The position numbers and the translations under genes were made by a program. Shown piece after piece: positions 25,241 to 32,313 of a stretch of DNA of 32,313 bases; the first letter of the stretch is position 1, and the number at the start of each line of letters is the position of its first letter. This DNA is from Candidatus Omnitrophota bacterium (lineage in GTDB: Bacteria; Omnitrophota; Gorgyraeia; 2-01-FULL-45-10). The stretch lies in contig JAHFGO010000002.1 in assembly GCA_023247385.1 (NCBI GenBank), positions 5,220 through 37,532 of the forward strand. The letters are read 5' to 3'. The notes beneath the pieces were generated by a model. That model was given only the letters and a program-made list of their open reading frames with translations, did not search any database and had not been told where the DNA came from.

Positions 25241-25570
25241 TTGGAACCTATAATAAACTCAAAGAAAGAACGCTTGAACCTATCCCCGGAACAGCTCTTC
25301 GACATATATCTGGAGTGCAACGCTCCGGGAGCTCCTGTAAAGACTATTCTGGGCCGTTACGGTCTAAAGCCCTGGGACTTGATCGCCATACGCAAAAAGG
25401 TCAAGGCAGCGGCTTTGGAAGCCCTCGCCCATCCCGGGAAACGGGGACGAAAGCAGCAGGCTATTCCCGTAGAACAGTATCACCAAGTCTCAAAAGAGCT
25501 AACCGAAACCAAAGACGCTCTCGCTGCCGTAGGGCACGAGCTATCCTTATTAAAAAAAAGGACGATTTAA
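25241..25570 (+). CDS. IS transposase OrfA (HTH DNA-binding protein)
   Basis: 109 aa. TTG start preceded by AAGGAGG (25229-25235) and a TATAAT box (25217-25222). Helix-turn-helix-like N-terminus and a C-terminal leucine-zipper-like segment, as in IS3 OrfA. Confidence 0.8.
   Translation: MEPIINSKKERLNLSPEQLFDIYLECNAPGAPVKTILGRYGLKPWDLIAIRKKVKAAALEALAHPGKRGRKQQAIPVEQYHQVSKELTETKDALAAVGHELSLLKKRTI
25552..25559 (+). promoter_or_regulatory. Programmed -1 ribosomal frameshift site (A8 run, A-AAA-AAA)
   Basis: orfA frame reads TTA AAA AAA AGG. Slipping -1 gives AAA AAA AAG GAC GAT and continues the long orfB frame (..LLKKKDDLKLKG..). This heptamer type is classical for the IS3 family. Confidence 0.6.
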
Positions 25571-26652
25571 AGCTAAAAGGACCGCTAAATGGTCATTACA
25601 AATCTGATATTAAAAGAGCTGTGGTTACCGTGATAAACGAATCGGTCACTCAAGGTCTTACCCAGAAACGCGCCTGCGGTATATTCGGGATCGCTCCCAG
25701 AAAGTTCCGCAGGTGGGCAAACCCGAAACCGGTTAAGCCAAGGGTTGCCTGGAATAAGCTCCGCGAGCATGAGCGCGACGCCATTGAGTCCGCTACCTGG
25801 GAACCTGAACTTATCGGCAAACCCATAAGCCATATCTTCGTCCACGGGCATAATTCCGGTCAGTTCTTTGCGTCGTTATCGACGGTATATAGCGTGCTAA
25901 AAGAAAAGAATCTTGTTCAGCCACTCAACCGCAGGCCCAGGACAGCGTCTTATGTCAGCGCTCACACCCTCTTAGACGAAGGCTTTTCGCTTCTCTGTTA
26001 TGATGGAACATCATTTAAGACTGAATCCGGCATTACCGTCTGGGCTATTCCGGTTATGATCCTGCCCCAGAGATACCTGCTTCATATAGGGCATTCCATA
26101 AACGGGATATCGGCGAGCGATCTTACGCGTTCTATCAAGGAAGCGTACGCGATGCTTCCGGAACACTTGACCACAAAGCTTGTCGCTCATTCAGACAGAG
26201 GCTCAGCGATGAAAGCATCGTCTACAAGAGAGCTTATCAAAGAACTATTAGGCGCACCTGTTCACTTTGGTCGTCCTCACACGCCGGATGACCAGGCGTG
26301 GATCGAAGCGTTCATCAAGACGCTTAAACATCGCAGGGACGCTCCACAGACATATAATCTGGTTGACGACATTATTCAATGGCTCAACCGCGTTCCTGAT
26401 ATCTACAACAACGACCCTCACAGCTCGTTAAGCTACGTTACACCACTTGAGGCGCTGTCAGGCCAAAAGGAGGTGATCCTAAATCAGCGAAAACAAAATC
26501 TTGCGGCGGCTCGCTTGTTACGCTATACTGCATGGAAGAACGAGTCTTCGACTCCTTTTCCAACGGCAGCGCCAGCATTGGCTTGCTTGAGCCGAGCCTT
26601 AAAAAGCTCAAGCGAAAGCAAGCCAGGAAGTAGTAACGCAAAACGTTTTTGA
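25552..26652 (+). CDS. IS transposase OrfB (DDE/rve integrase core), expressed as OrfAB fusion by -1 frameshift
   Basis: The frame is -1 relative to orfA. DDE candidates are 'LLCYDGTSF', 'AHSDRGSAMKAS' and 'DQAWIEAFIKTLKH', with 36 residues between the second D and the E. No independent start is needed after the slippery site. Confidence 0.8.
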   Translation, partial: KKKDDLKLKGPLNGHYKSDIKRAVVTVINESVTQGLTQKRACGIFGIAPRKFRRWANPKPVKPRVAWNKLREHERDAIESATWEPELIGKPISHIFVHGHNSGQFFASLSTVYSVLKEKNLVQPLNRRPRTASYVSAHTLLDEGFSLLCYDGTSFKTESGITVWAIPVMILPQRYLLHIGHSINGISASDLTRSIKEAYAMLPEHLTTKLVAHSDRGSAMKASSTRELIKELLGAPVHFGRPHTPDDQAWIEAFIKTLKHRRDAPQTYNLVDDIIQWLNRVPDIYNNDPHSSLSYVTPLEALSGQKEVILNQRKQNLAAARLLRYTAWKNESSTPFPTAAPALACLSRALKSSSESKPGSSNAKRF

Positions 26653-26732
26653 GGTCAAACTCGCAAAAAAACTCCGTAAAATCTCCATGGGTGACCCCCT
26701 ACTTCCCCCACTTCCTTCAAGTGACACGTCCC

Positions 26733-27086
26733 CTATTTAACTTCTTTCAATAACTTTTTGGGATACTTCCAGCTCGAATCGTTTGTTATAGCTTTATTTA
26801 GATACTGCACAACCATGGGTTTCATTTGCGTATTGTTCATCTTCCAGATACCATATGCCTGAACGGTGGCCCCAAATGCTACTATTTTAGGGTCGTTGGT
26901 TTGATTTCCAGATATTTCTAATATTTTTCCTAAATAATCCGCAGCCTTTTTGTACTCTCCATTTTCAATCGCAGTTTTTCCGGCCTTAAGCAGTGTTTCT
27001 GTATCTGCGGTATAGGCAACGGCTGTCATTCCTAATATCGTCATGATACATAGAATACAAAATATAGGCTTCGTAGGATTTTTCAC
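26733..27086 (-). CDS. Small secreted/membrane-anchored TPR-like protein
   Basis: Signal/anchor 'KPIFCILCIMTILGMTAVAYTA|D', then a TPR-like helix pair 'LLKAGKTAIENGEYKKAADYLGKILEI'. I prefer the GTG start at 27086 (4 nt after the upstream TAG). The alternative ATG at 27128 overlaps the upstream gene by 38 nt. Confidence 0.5.
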   Translation of the reverse strand: MKNPTKPIFCILCIMTILGMTAVAYTADTETLLKAGKTAIENGEYKKAADYLGKILEISGNQTNDPKIVAFGATVQAYGIWKMNNTQMKPMVVQYLNKAITNDSSWKYPKKLLKEVK

Positions 27087-27090
27087 TTGA

Positions 27091-27561
27091 CTATTCTTTC
27101 TTCTCTCTAATATAGAATAGCAAACCAATGCCTATCCTAGCTATCAAAAAAATCACAAACAGTACATTGAAATATGAAAAAAACAGTGCTGGATCAATAT
27201 CCGGCTTACCAGTTCGAGTACCTGTAGAAAAGATAAACCCGATTGCCATGGATATTGCTAATCCAAGACTTAAAAATATAATCTCACGCTTCGTTATCGA
27301 CATAGAACTATTACTATCTTTCTCACGATGTCTTAATATATCTATTAGATTTAAGCCTATTACGCCTAGCACAAATATAAAAAATATTTTCCATCCGAAA
27401 ATTATGAGAAACATAATTGATGACAGCATACGAAATAATAGACTGTGATCTCGTATAGGATACCGTATCAAAAAGAATAAAGCAAGTACCATTAGACAGA
27501 GCACGATGGTATTACAGATGAATAGCAAATGTTGTGTAACGGAATTATTTACTATCTTCAT
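27091..27561 (-). CDS. Small integral membrane protein (about 4 TM helices), unknown function
   Basis: 156 aa and very hydrophobic, with four ~20-aa hydrophobic segments. Starts 3 nt after the stop of the giant gene. About 27-30% GC. Confidence 0.6.
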   Translation of the reverse strand: MKIVNNSVTQHLLFICNTIVLCLMVLALFFLIRYPIRDHSLLFRMLSSIMFLIIFGWKIFFIFVLGVIGLNLIDILRHREKDSNSSMSITKREIIFLSLGLAISMAIGFIFSTGTRTGKPDIDPALFFSYFNVLFVIFLIARIGIGLLFYIREKKE

Positions 27562-27564
27562 AAA

Positions 27565-30500
27565 TTAATATTTTGTTCCTATCTGATCTATCTCGTTATA
27601 TATATCGACTGGTGAATATTGGAACTGGTCGGTTACAAAAAGCGGACGGTTGGCTTTTTGATATACATATTTAATCATTCCGCTACAAATAAATGATGTC
27701 TCCGATCTTTCATTTAATCCAAATAGATTAAGGGAGTTATACGGAATATGCTTTGCCTCCTCTGTCCCTGAGACAAGTAATTCTTGTCGTATTGTTGTAG
27801 CCATAGCACCTGCATCTATATTATTTCTTCTGCCGATTTGAATATCATTTCCTTCGGCCACCATTCGGGTCATAAATTCTGTTAATTTAATTTTCTGGAG
27901 GCCCGTGTCAGATAGCATCTCCAGCACCCATTTTTCGCCATTTGAATCAACATATAGCATCCCCGTGTGATTGGTAGGCCCTTGAGTAATATCTTTTGTT
28001 GTATCAGCTAAAAATCCTCTTCCGTTTACAAATATTATATCACCTGTTTGCCCAATAGTTGATATTTTTTGATATTCATTCAGTAAACGTGTTTCGATCT
28101 CGTTATTTGTCCTAAATCCTCGCCATCCTGATGCATTATCGAATCTTTCTTCTACGTTTGACCATATCCCTGGCTGGGATAATTTTGTCCACACATTTTC
28201 AGTTTGTTCATGCGTTGACCAATAAAACTTTTTCGATACGTCTCTATCGGAAGATTTGGTTAATGATATTTGTGCACCGTAAAGATCTTCTAATGTAAAA
28301 CCGTATTCTGAAAATTTTTGAAGATCACCGTCGAACATGTTCCCATGACCATATCGGCTATTGTAGTATTTAACAAAACCATCTTTTAAACTGACATTAA
28401 ATGGTTGGCTATAGGAATTTATCTTTGCATCCACATAATCACCATATGAATCATATCCGATAGATTTTCCAGATAAATATGGATGTGTTTCACTTAGTGT
28501 TCGACCGGTGAAGGAATCGGATATAGATTGATACTCTGGCAAGCCCCATTTGAGGCGTTGTTCGGTGGTGAGACCGTAGGAGTATTTGGATTCGAGGTTG
28601 GCATCGGTGTAGCCGAGCTTGCCGTAGGGGTCGACGCCAAAAGAGCCATAGCCTAAGTGCGAGCCATCTGGAGTAATGTCTTCCTTGCCTGCAAGGCTCC
28701 AGATGAAGGAGGCGCCGGCTTGTTTTTGCTCGAAGAGGGCGGTTGTGGTTGTGCCAGCCTGAGGGTTTGATATGGCGATCCCTGTAAGCTCTTTTCCATC
28801 CTTCAATATCTTTGGTGAGCCAAGGCCTTCATCGAGCCCATGCTTAAAGTATTCGCCTATTGAGAGGCCTGTCTGGGTGATGGAGTTGACTGCTGTGGCG
28901 CTAAAGAAGCTTGTGGCGTATTCATCTAAGGCCTTGACGAAGCCTTTTTCTTGAACTATGCCAGAGAAATCCATGATATTGGCTTTGTAGACAGACTCCT
29001 GCCAGTAGTAGTTGGACCATGCCTTGTCGTAGGAGGCTTGGTTGAAGTCATACTGTTTTCCATCAGCTGAAGACGTCCAGAACTTTTGATCGCCTCTATT
29101 TGGGGTTTCAGCATAGCCTAGGTAGGTGAGGGCATTGTCTTTATAGGTGGTGAACGCATCCTTTAATGGCTCTTTATCCTTGGCCTTGTCGCTTAGGCCT
29201 GATTTTATGCCTGCCTGCAGGGCTGTGGATATAGCGCTATAGCCTATGTTAGCAAGGAGAGGATTTAGGCCTAGTTCCTGGGTGGCGTAATTCAAGCCTA
29301 TTGAGGTTACGCCTTGTAATAATCCTGTGGTAACACTTTGGAACATAGTTCCTGCATCCCAGCCTGATCCAAGGCCTGTACCTACGGCTGAACTTATTCC
29401 TATGGATAGGAGGTGGTTGACGCGACTGTCTATGCCTAAGAGCTCGCCTACCTCTATTATGCCGGTTCGGGTCGCTTCCTGTATTAGCATAGGCGCGATG
29501 TCTTGCATTATGTCAGTATAGGATTTGCCTTTGAAGCCGCCTTCTACAAGTGAGCCGGCGGTGATTGCGGCGATGTGGGTGAGGTTAGGGTCAAGGCCTG
29601 CCGCTTTACCTAATGTATCGACGCCAGCTATTGTGCCGTATTTAAGGGACTCGCCGATTATGTTGCTTACTGAAGCGCCTGGTGAAATCGCGCCCATGAT
29701 AGCGCCTGTAGTGAGGGCTGCTCCGATGGACGCAAGACCCGGATCTATTTTCATGGATTTGAACATCAAGTCTGTGCCAAGGCTTATGCCTTGAGCGATT
29801 ATACGATATCCGATAGTTTGCGCTGCGGCTTGAGTTACACCGGGTGCGCCAAGGGTCATGATATGACCTATGCCAGTAGCTATTTTGGCAGCGACGTCAG
29901 CGATTGGTTTGAATATAGAGGCGACGGCTGTGAATGCGCCTTTTATGGATGCGAATATTCCAGTGCTTGCAGCGGTAGAGCTGCCGGCTGCGACTGCGCC
30001 GCCTGCAGCAGCACCGCTTGCAACGGTTCCGCCTACGGCAGCCCCGGCTGCAACAGTGCCACTTGCGGCGGCAGTTCCGCCTGCGGCAGCTCCGCTTGCA
30101 ACGGTTCCGCCTGCAATTGTTCCAGTTGTCGCTGCGGCACCAGTTGCAGCGGTAGTTCCGGTTTGAGCAGCACCACCTATTGGGCCGCCCCCGCCAAATG
30201 CGACAGTAAGCACAACTGCTACAGCAGTTTCAACGACCGCCCACATCACATCCTGCCAGGTTCCAACCCGAACTACAGCGGCTAGCGTATGAACCAACAG
30301 GTTAAAGCCTAAAATCGCGGCGCCTAGAGGCATGAGCGGCGTTTTTAAAAGAACTGATCCGATAATTATAAGGATAGGCGATATAACCTTATTGTAGAAG
30401 TTATACACACCCTTCAAGAACTTCTTCCACCAGCCGCTGCCGCGGATCATCTTTTCCTGGGAGGAATTTAAGAGCTTGCCGGAGGATTCCTTTGAGAGGG

Positions 30501-32313
30501 CGTAGCCGCGCCACATCTCCATGAATTCGGATCTTGAGACGGTGATCTCCTGGCCGTTCTTACCGACGGTGGAGTCGATGTAGGTGATGATACCGCGAGC
30601 GTCATCGATGGAGGTGATGGTGACGAAGTGTTTGCCGTCGATGTGGATGATGACGCCTTCAGGGACAGTCCCCTGGGCGCTCGGGGTAAGAGAGTTGGCC
30701 GGGGACAGTCCCTTCAACATCGGGGACAGCGCCTTCAGCTCGTCGTAGGTGAGTTTGAGGGAATAGAGTTTTAGGCCGGCTAATTTAGCGGCCTTGCGCA
30801 TGGCGTACATTGAGATGACGAGATCGCCCTTGGTGTCTTTGGTGATGACGCCGGTTAGGATATCGATTAGGATCGCGGTCTTACCGATATCCTCAAAGGA
30901 CTTGTCTATGCCGGAGGCTTTAAGCATAGATACAACACTCTGGATCGCGCTGTCTCCAAAATGCAGGGACTGGCTCTCGAGCCATGAGATGATTGAATCT
31001 ATGTCGGATTGGGTGAGGGTGACGACTTCATCCGGGGATAAACCAAGAGTTTTAGGGACAGTCCCCTGGGCACTCGGGGTAAGAGAGTTGGCCGGGGACA
31101 GTCCCTCACTACTCGCTGGGGGCAGTCCCTGAAGCGTTGATTTAAGCGCATTTATGATATTGGCCTTCCGGGTGGCTCTTTCGGCATATTCAGAGAGGCC
31201 CTTCAGATACTTTGTAATTTCAGAAGGCGTAACTGCCTTGAGTTTGGCCTTCGCGATGTCAATCCAGTATTTTAGGTCCTCTTCTCCTGGGTCTCTACCT
31301 AAGACACTCCTATAATAGTGGTAGATTACAGGCGCTGACTCCTTCTCAACGATGTCGCCTAAGACCTTGTTGTAGTCATTATTGATGAAGCCCTGAAGCG
31401 CGGTAGAAGAATCGGAGGCAATCTTGACCCTCGCGTCAGTTACCTGCCTGGCTAAATCCTCATAGGCGCTCCTTTCCTGCGCAACGAGGTTCACCTCATA
31501 TTCATCGAGTTCCCTGAATACCCTGTCGAATTCCGAGAGGTCGTATATGGAGGAATCATACTTGGCCTTCTCTTTGGTGAGTCTTTCGCGCTCGTTCAAG
31601 ATCTGGGCCTTGATATTCGCCACCTTGGAGACGATGTCGGTTTTGGCGTCAGCTTCGGCCTGCGTTAACCTCGTAAGGGCGGAGTCCTTCTGAGCCGCTA
31701 TCTCGGAAACCGCCTTTTGGTAACCCTCCTCTAACTTCTTCCTCGCGTTGATGAATGTTGTTTTGACGATATTTTTCTTGGCGTCGTACTTATATCTAAT
31801 GTGGACTGTCCCGTCTTTTCCTATAACTTTAGTGGCGAGGCTGTTCTCAAAATATGTCACCGTATGTGCCGCTGTAACTATCTTCCTGGGCGCGTCAGCG
31901 GCCTTGTCGTAGATGATTATTATCTTCTCTGAATCGCTTAATCTGGAGCTTGCTATATCCTCTCTCGCCTTTTCGATAAGGCTTGGGCTGAATACGAGGC
32001 TTGCCAGATCAATGTCTCCCTTAGAGTAAGTCCTGACAACGCCGTCTTCTTTGACATTGACGAACATAATGCCGTCGGGATTCTGCGTAGAAGCGACATA
32101 ACCTATTTTTACCGCGCTAAGCTGGGGGCTGACAGACGGGTCGGCTGTTGAGAGGATTGCCCTGTACTGCAGGTATCTGGCGGGCCTTGAGGCGAGCTGG
32201 CTCGACCAACCAGCCCATGAGCCGTCATCAGGATTGGAGGTATCCCCTGTCCTGGTCTCGATGGTTATGGCTGTGCCGAGAGGGGTTGAGCCATCCAAAG
32301 AAATTGTATTGAG
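27565..32313 (-). CDS. Giant multidomain surface/effector-like protein, 5'-partial (>1,580 aa): coiled coil, DUF4214-like, Cys-less C39-like peptidase fold, TM + Gly/Ala-rich region, C-terminal permuted papain-like (YiiX/C92-like) domain
   Basis: The frame stays open to the window edge, so the listed 'M' is an internal TTG.
- Residues ~185-300: heptad-rich.
- 'YHYYRSVLGRDPGEEDLKYWI': DUF4214-like.
- Residues ~425-600: resemble a C39 peptidase ('VIIHIDGKHFVTITSIDD', 'ITYIDSTVGKNGQEITVSRSEFMEMWRGYAL'), but 'LHFGDSAIQS' replaces the Cys motif.
- Residues ~636-705: TM helices.
- Residues 701-780: G/A/T low complexity.
- Last 162 aa: 'GDIIF', 'NHTGMLYV', 'VLEM', 'IPYNSLNLF', 'FICSGMIKYVY'. The His-before-Cys order is as in YaeF/YiiX permuted NlpC/P60-like enzymes. 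Confidence 0.8.
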   Translation of the reverse strand, partial: LNTISLDGSTPLGTAITIETRTGDTSNPDDGSWAGWSSQLASRPARYLQYRAILSTADPSVSPQLSAVKIGYVASTQNPDGIMFVNVKEDGVVRTYSKGDIDLASLVFSPSLIEKAREDIASSRLSDSEKIIIIYDKAADAPRKIVTAAHTVTYFENSLATKVIGKDGTVHIRYKYDAKKNIVKTTFINARKKLEEGYQKAVSEIAAQKDSALTRLTQAEADAKTDIVSKVANIKAQILNERERLTKEKAKYDSSIYDLSEFDRVFRELDEYEVNLVAQERSAYEDLARQVTDARVKIASDSSTALQGFINNDYNKVLGDIVEKESAPVIYHYYRSVLGRDPGEEDLKYWIDIAKAKLKAVTPSEITKYLKGLSEYAERATRKANIINALKSTLQGLPPASSEGLSPANSLTPSAQGTVPKTLGLSPDEVVTLTQSDIDSIISWLESQSLHFGDSAIQSVVSMLKASGIDKSFEDIGKTAILIDILTGVITKDTKGDLVISMYAMRKAAKLAGLKLYSLKLTYDELKALSPMLKGLSPANSLTPSAQGTVPEGVIIHIDGKHFVTITSIDDARGIITYIDSTVGKNGQEITVSRSEFMEMWRGYALSKESSGKLLNSSQEKMIRGSGWWKKFLKGVYNFYNKVISPILIIIGSVLLKTPLMPLGAAILGFNLLVHTLAAVVRVGTWQDVMWAVVETAVAVVLTVAFGGGGPIGGAAQTGTTAATGAAATTGTIAGGTVASGAAAGGTAAASGTVAAGAAVGGTVASGAAAGGAVAAGSSTAASTGIFASIKGAFTAVASIFKPIADVAAKIATGIGHIMTLGAPGVTQAAAQTIGYRIIAQGISLGTDLMFKSMKIDPGLASIGAALTTGAIMGAISPGASVSNIIGESLKYGTIAGVDTLGKAAGLDPNLTHIAAITAGSLVEGGFKGKSYTDIMQDIAPMLIQEATRTGIIEVGELLGIDSRVNHLLSIGISSAVGTGLGSGWDAGTMFQSVTTGLLQGVTSIGLNYATQELGLNPLLANIGYSAISTALQAGIKSGLSDKAKDKEPLKDAFTTYKDNALTYLGYAETPNRGDQKFWTSSADGKQYDFNQASYDKAWSNYYWQESVYKANIMDFSGIVQEKGFVKALDEYATSFFSATAVNSITQTGLSIGEYFKHGLDEGLGSPKILKDGKELTGIAISNPQAGTTTTALFEQKQAGASFIWSLAGKEDITPDGSHLGYGSFGVDPYGKLGYTDANLESKYSYGLTTEQRLKWGLPEYQSISDSFTGRTLSETHPYLSGKSIGYDSYGDYVDAKINSYSQPFNVSLKDGFVKYYNSRYGHGNMFDGDLQKFSEYGFTLEDLYGAQISLTKSSDRDVSKKFYWSTHEQTENVWTKLSQPGIWSNVEERFDNASGWRGFRTNNEIETRLLNEYQKISTIGQTGDIIFVNGRGFLADTTKDITQGPTNHTGMLYVDSNGEKWVLEMLSDTGLQKIKLTEFMTRMVAEGNDIQIGRRNNIDAGAMATTIRQELLVSGTEEAKHIPYNSLNLFGLNERSETSFICSGMIKYVYQKANRPLFVTDQFQYSPVDIYNEIDQIGTKY
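29959..30198 (-). repeat. Gly/Ala/Thr low-complexity coding repeat with ~78-bp periodicity
   Basis: Encodes GGGGPIGGAAQTGTTAATGAAATTGTIAGGTVASGAAAGGTAAASGTVAAGAAVGGTVASGAAAGGAVAAGSSTAAS. The 21-mer ccgcttgcaacggttccgcct recurs at 30014-30034 and 30092-30112. Confidence 0.8.
30661..30713 (-). repeat. 53-bp direct repeat copy 1 (encodes GLSPANSLTPSAQGTVP)
   Basis: agggacagtcccctgggcGctcggggtaagagagttggccggggacagtccct. Identical to 31054-31106 at 52 of 53 positions. Contains the palindrome GGGACAGTCCC twice. Confidence 0.9.
31054..31106 (-). repeat. 53-bp direct repeat copy 2 (encodes GLSPANSLTPSAQGTVP)
   Basis: Same sequence with a single G->A difference. The offset between copies is 393 bp = 131 codons, so it is in frame. 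Confidence 0.9.

Larger units (their letters stand above)
25086..26672 (+). mobile_element. IS3-family-like insertion sequence (orfA/orfB with -1 frameshift), apparently intact
   Basis: Imperfect terminal inverted repeats: GTTTTTTTAGCGACAGTGACCTCAAA (25086-25111) versus TTTGAGGTCAAACTCGCAAAAAAAC (26648-26672), with 22 matching positions. They include a TGACCTCAAA...TTTGAGGTCA core with TG/CA ends. Two overlapping ORFs are in 0/-1 frames. The orfB stop lies inside the right IR. The exact ends and the target duplication are not resolved. Confidence 0.7.

Noticed and set aside
25120-25320. 66-aa minus-strand ORF, and other minus ORFs (25585-25851, 26438-26641) inside the IS
   Set aside because: They are antisense to the transposase genes or the IS promoter region, and they have no motifs or RBS.
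28610-28640. 'GVDPYGKLG' about 35 codons upstream of the GC break, as an Rhs-type DPxGL core/toxin boundary motif
   Set aside because: The motif is interrupted (an extra Lys) and the upstream sequence shows no YD/Rhs repeats. It is most likely coincidental.
29791-30285. Cys/Ser/Gly-rich (29791-30285) and Ala/Pro-rich (29870-30166) plus-strand ORFs
   Set aside because: They are reverse-complement reading artefacts of the Gly/Ala/Thr codon repeats (GCN/GGN/ACN) in the giant minus-strand gene.
30661-31130. Recurrent GGGACAGTCCC palindromes as a possible CRISPR-like or REP array
   Set aside because: They lie inside a continuous ORF and are in frame, encoding G-L-S-P. The spacing is irregular apart from the single 393-bp duplication, and there is no repeat-spacer architecture. 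I saw no CRISPR array anywhere in the window.

Overview
The window is almost entirely minus-strand coding and falls into three blocks.

(A) 20-24,646: about 27 co-directional genes with tiny gaps or overlapping stop/start codons. They look like one ~24.6-kb operon for an orphan fatty-acid/type-II-PKS-like lipid pathway.
- Core synthesis: two KS + CLF-like pairs, one ACP, FabZ, FabG.
- Modification: a CrtI-like flavoenzyme, four radical SAM enzymes (two B12-binding, one SPASM, one other), and a PaaK-like adenylating enzyme.
- Tailoring: an ATP-grasp ligase, a SAM methyltransferase, LpxL-type and PlsC-type acyltransferases, and a deacetylase.
- Envelope/export: a MacB/LolCDE-like ABC pair, two lipoproteins, a small beta-barrel OMP and two paralogous secreted proteins.
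- A 141-bp MITE-like element with a 12-bp duplication sits inside the operon.
- A promoter-like site plus a canonical intrinsic terminator lie in the leader.

(B) ~25,086-26,672 (+): an apparently intact IS3-type insertion sequence with an A8 -1 frameshift site.

(C) 26,733-32,313 (-): a giant ORF that runs off the window at its 5' end (>1,580 aa).
- Domains: coiled coil, DUF4214-like, a Cys-less C39-like domain, a TM/Gly-Ala-rich segment, and a C-terminal permuted papain-like (YiiX/C92-like) domain.
- Two small membrane/secreted proteins follow it.
- The C-terminal module plus the two small genes form an AT-rich block, which suggests a swappable effector/immunity cassette.

I saw no rRNA, tRNA or CRISPR array. 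All calls rest on reading motifs in the supplied translations and on hand inspection of the DNA. No searches were run, and start codons were refined by eye.
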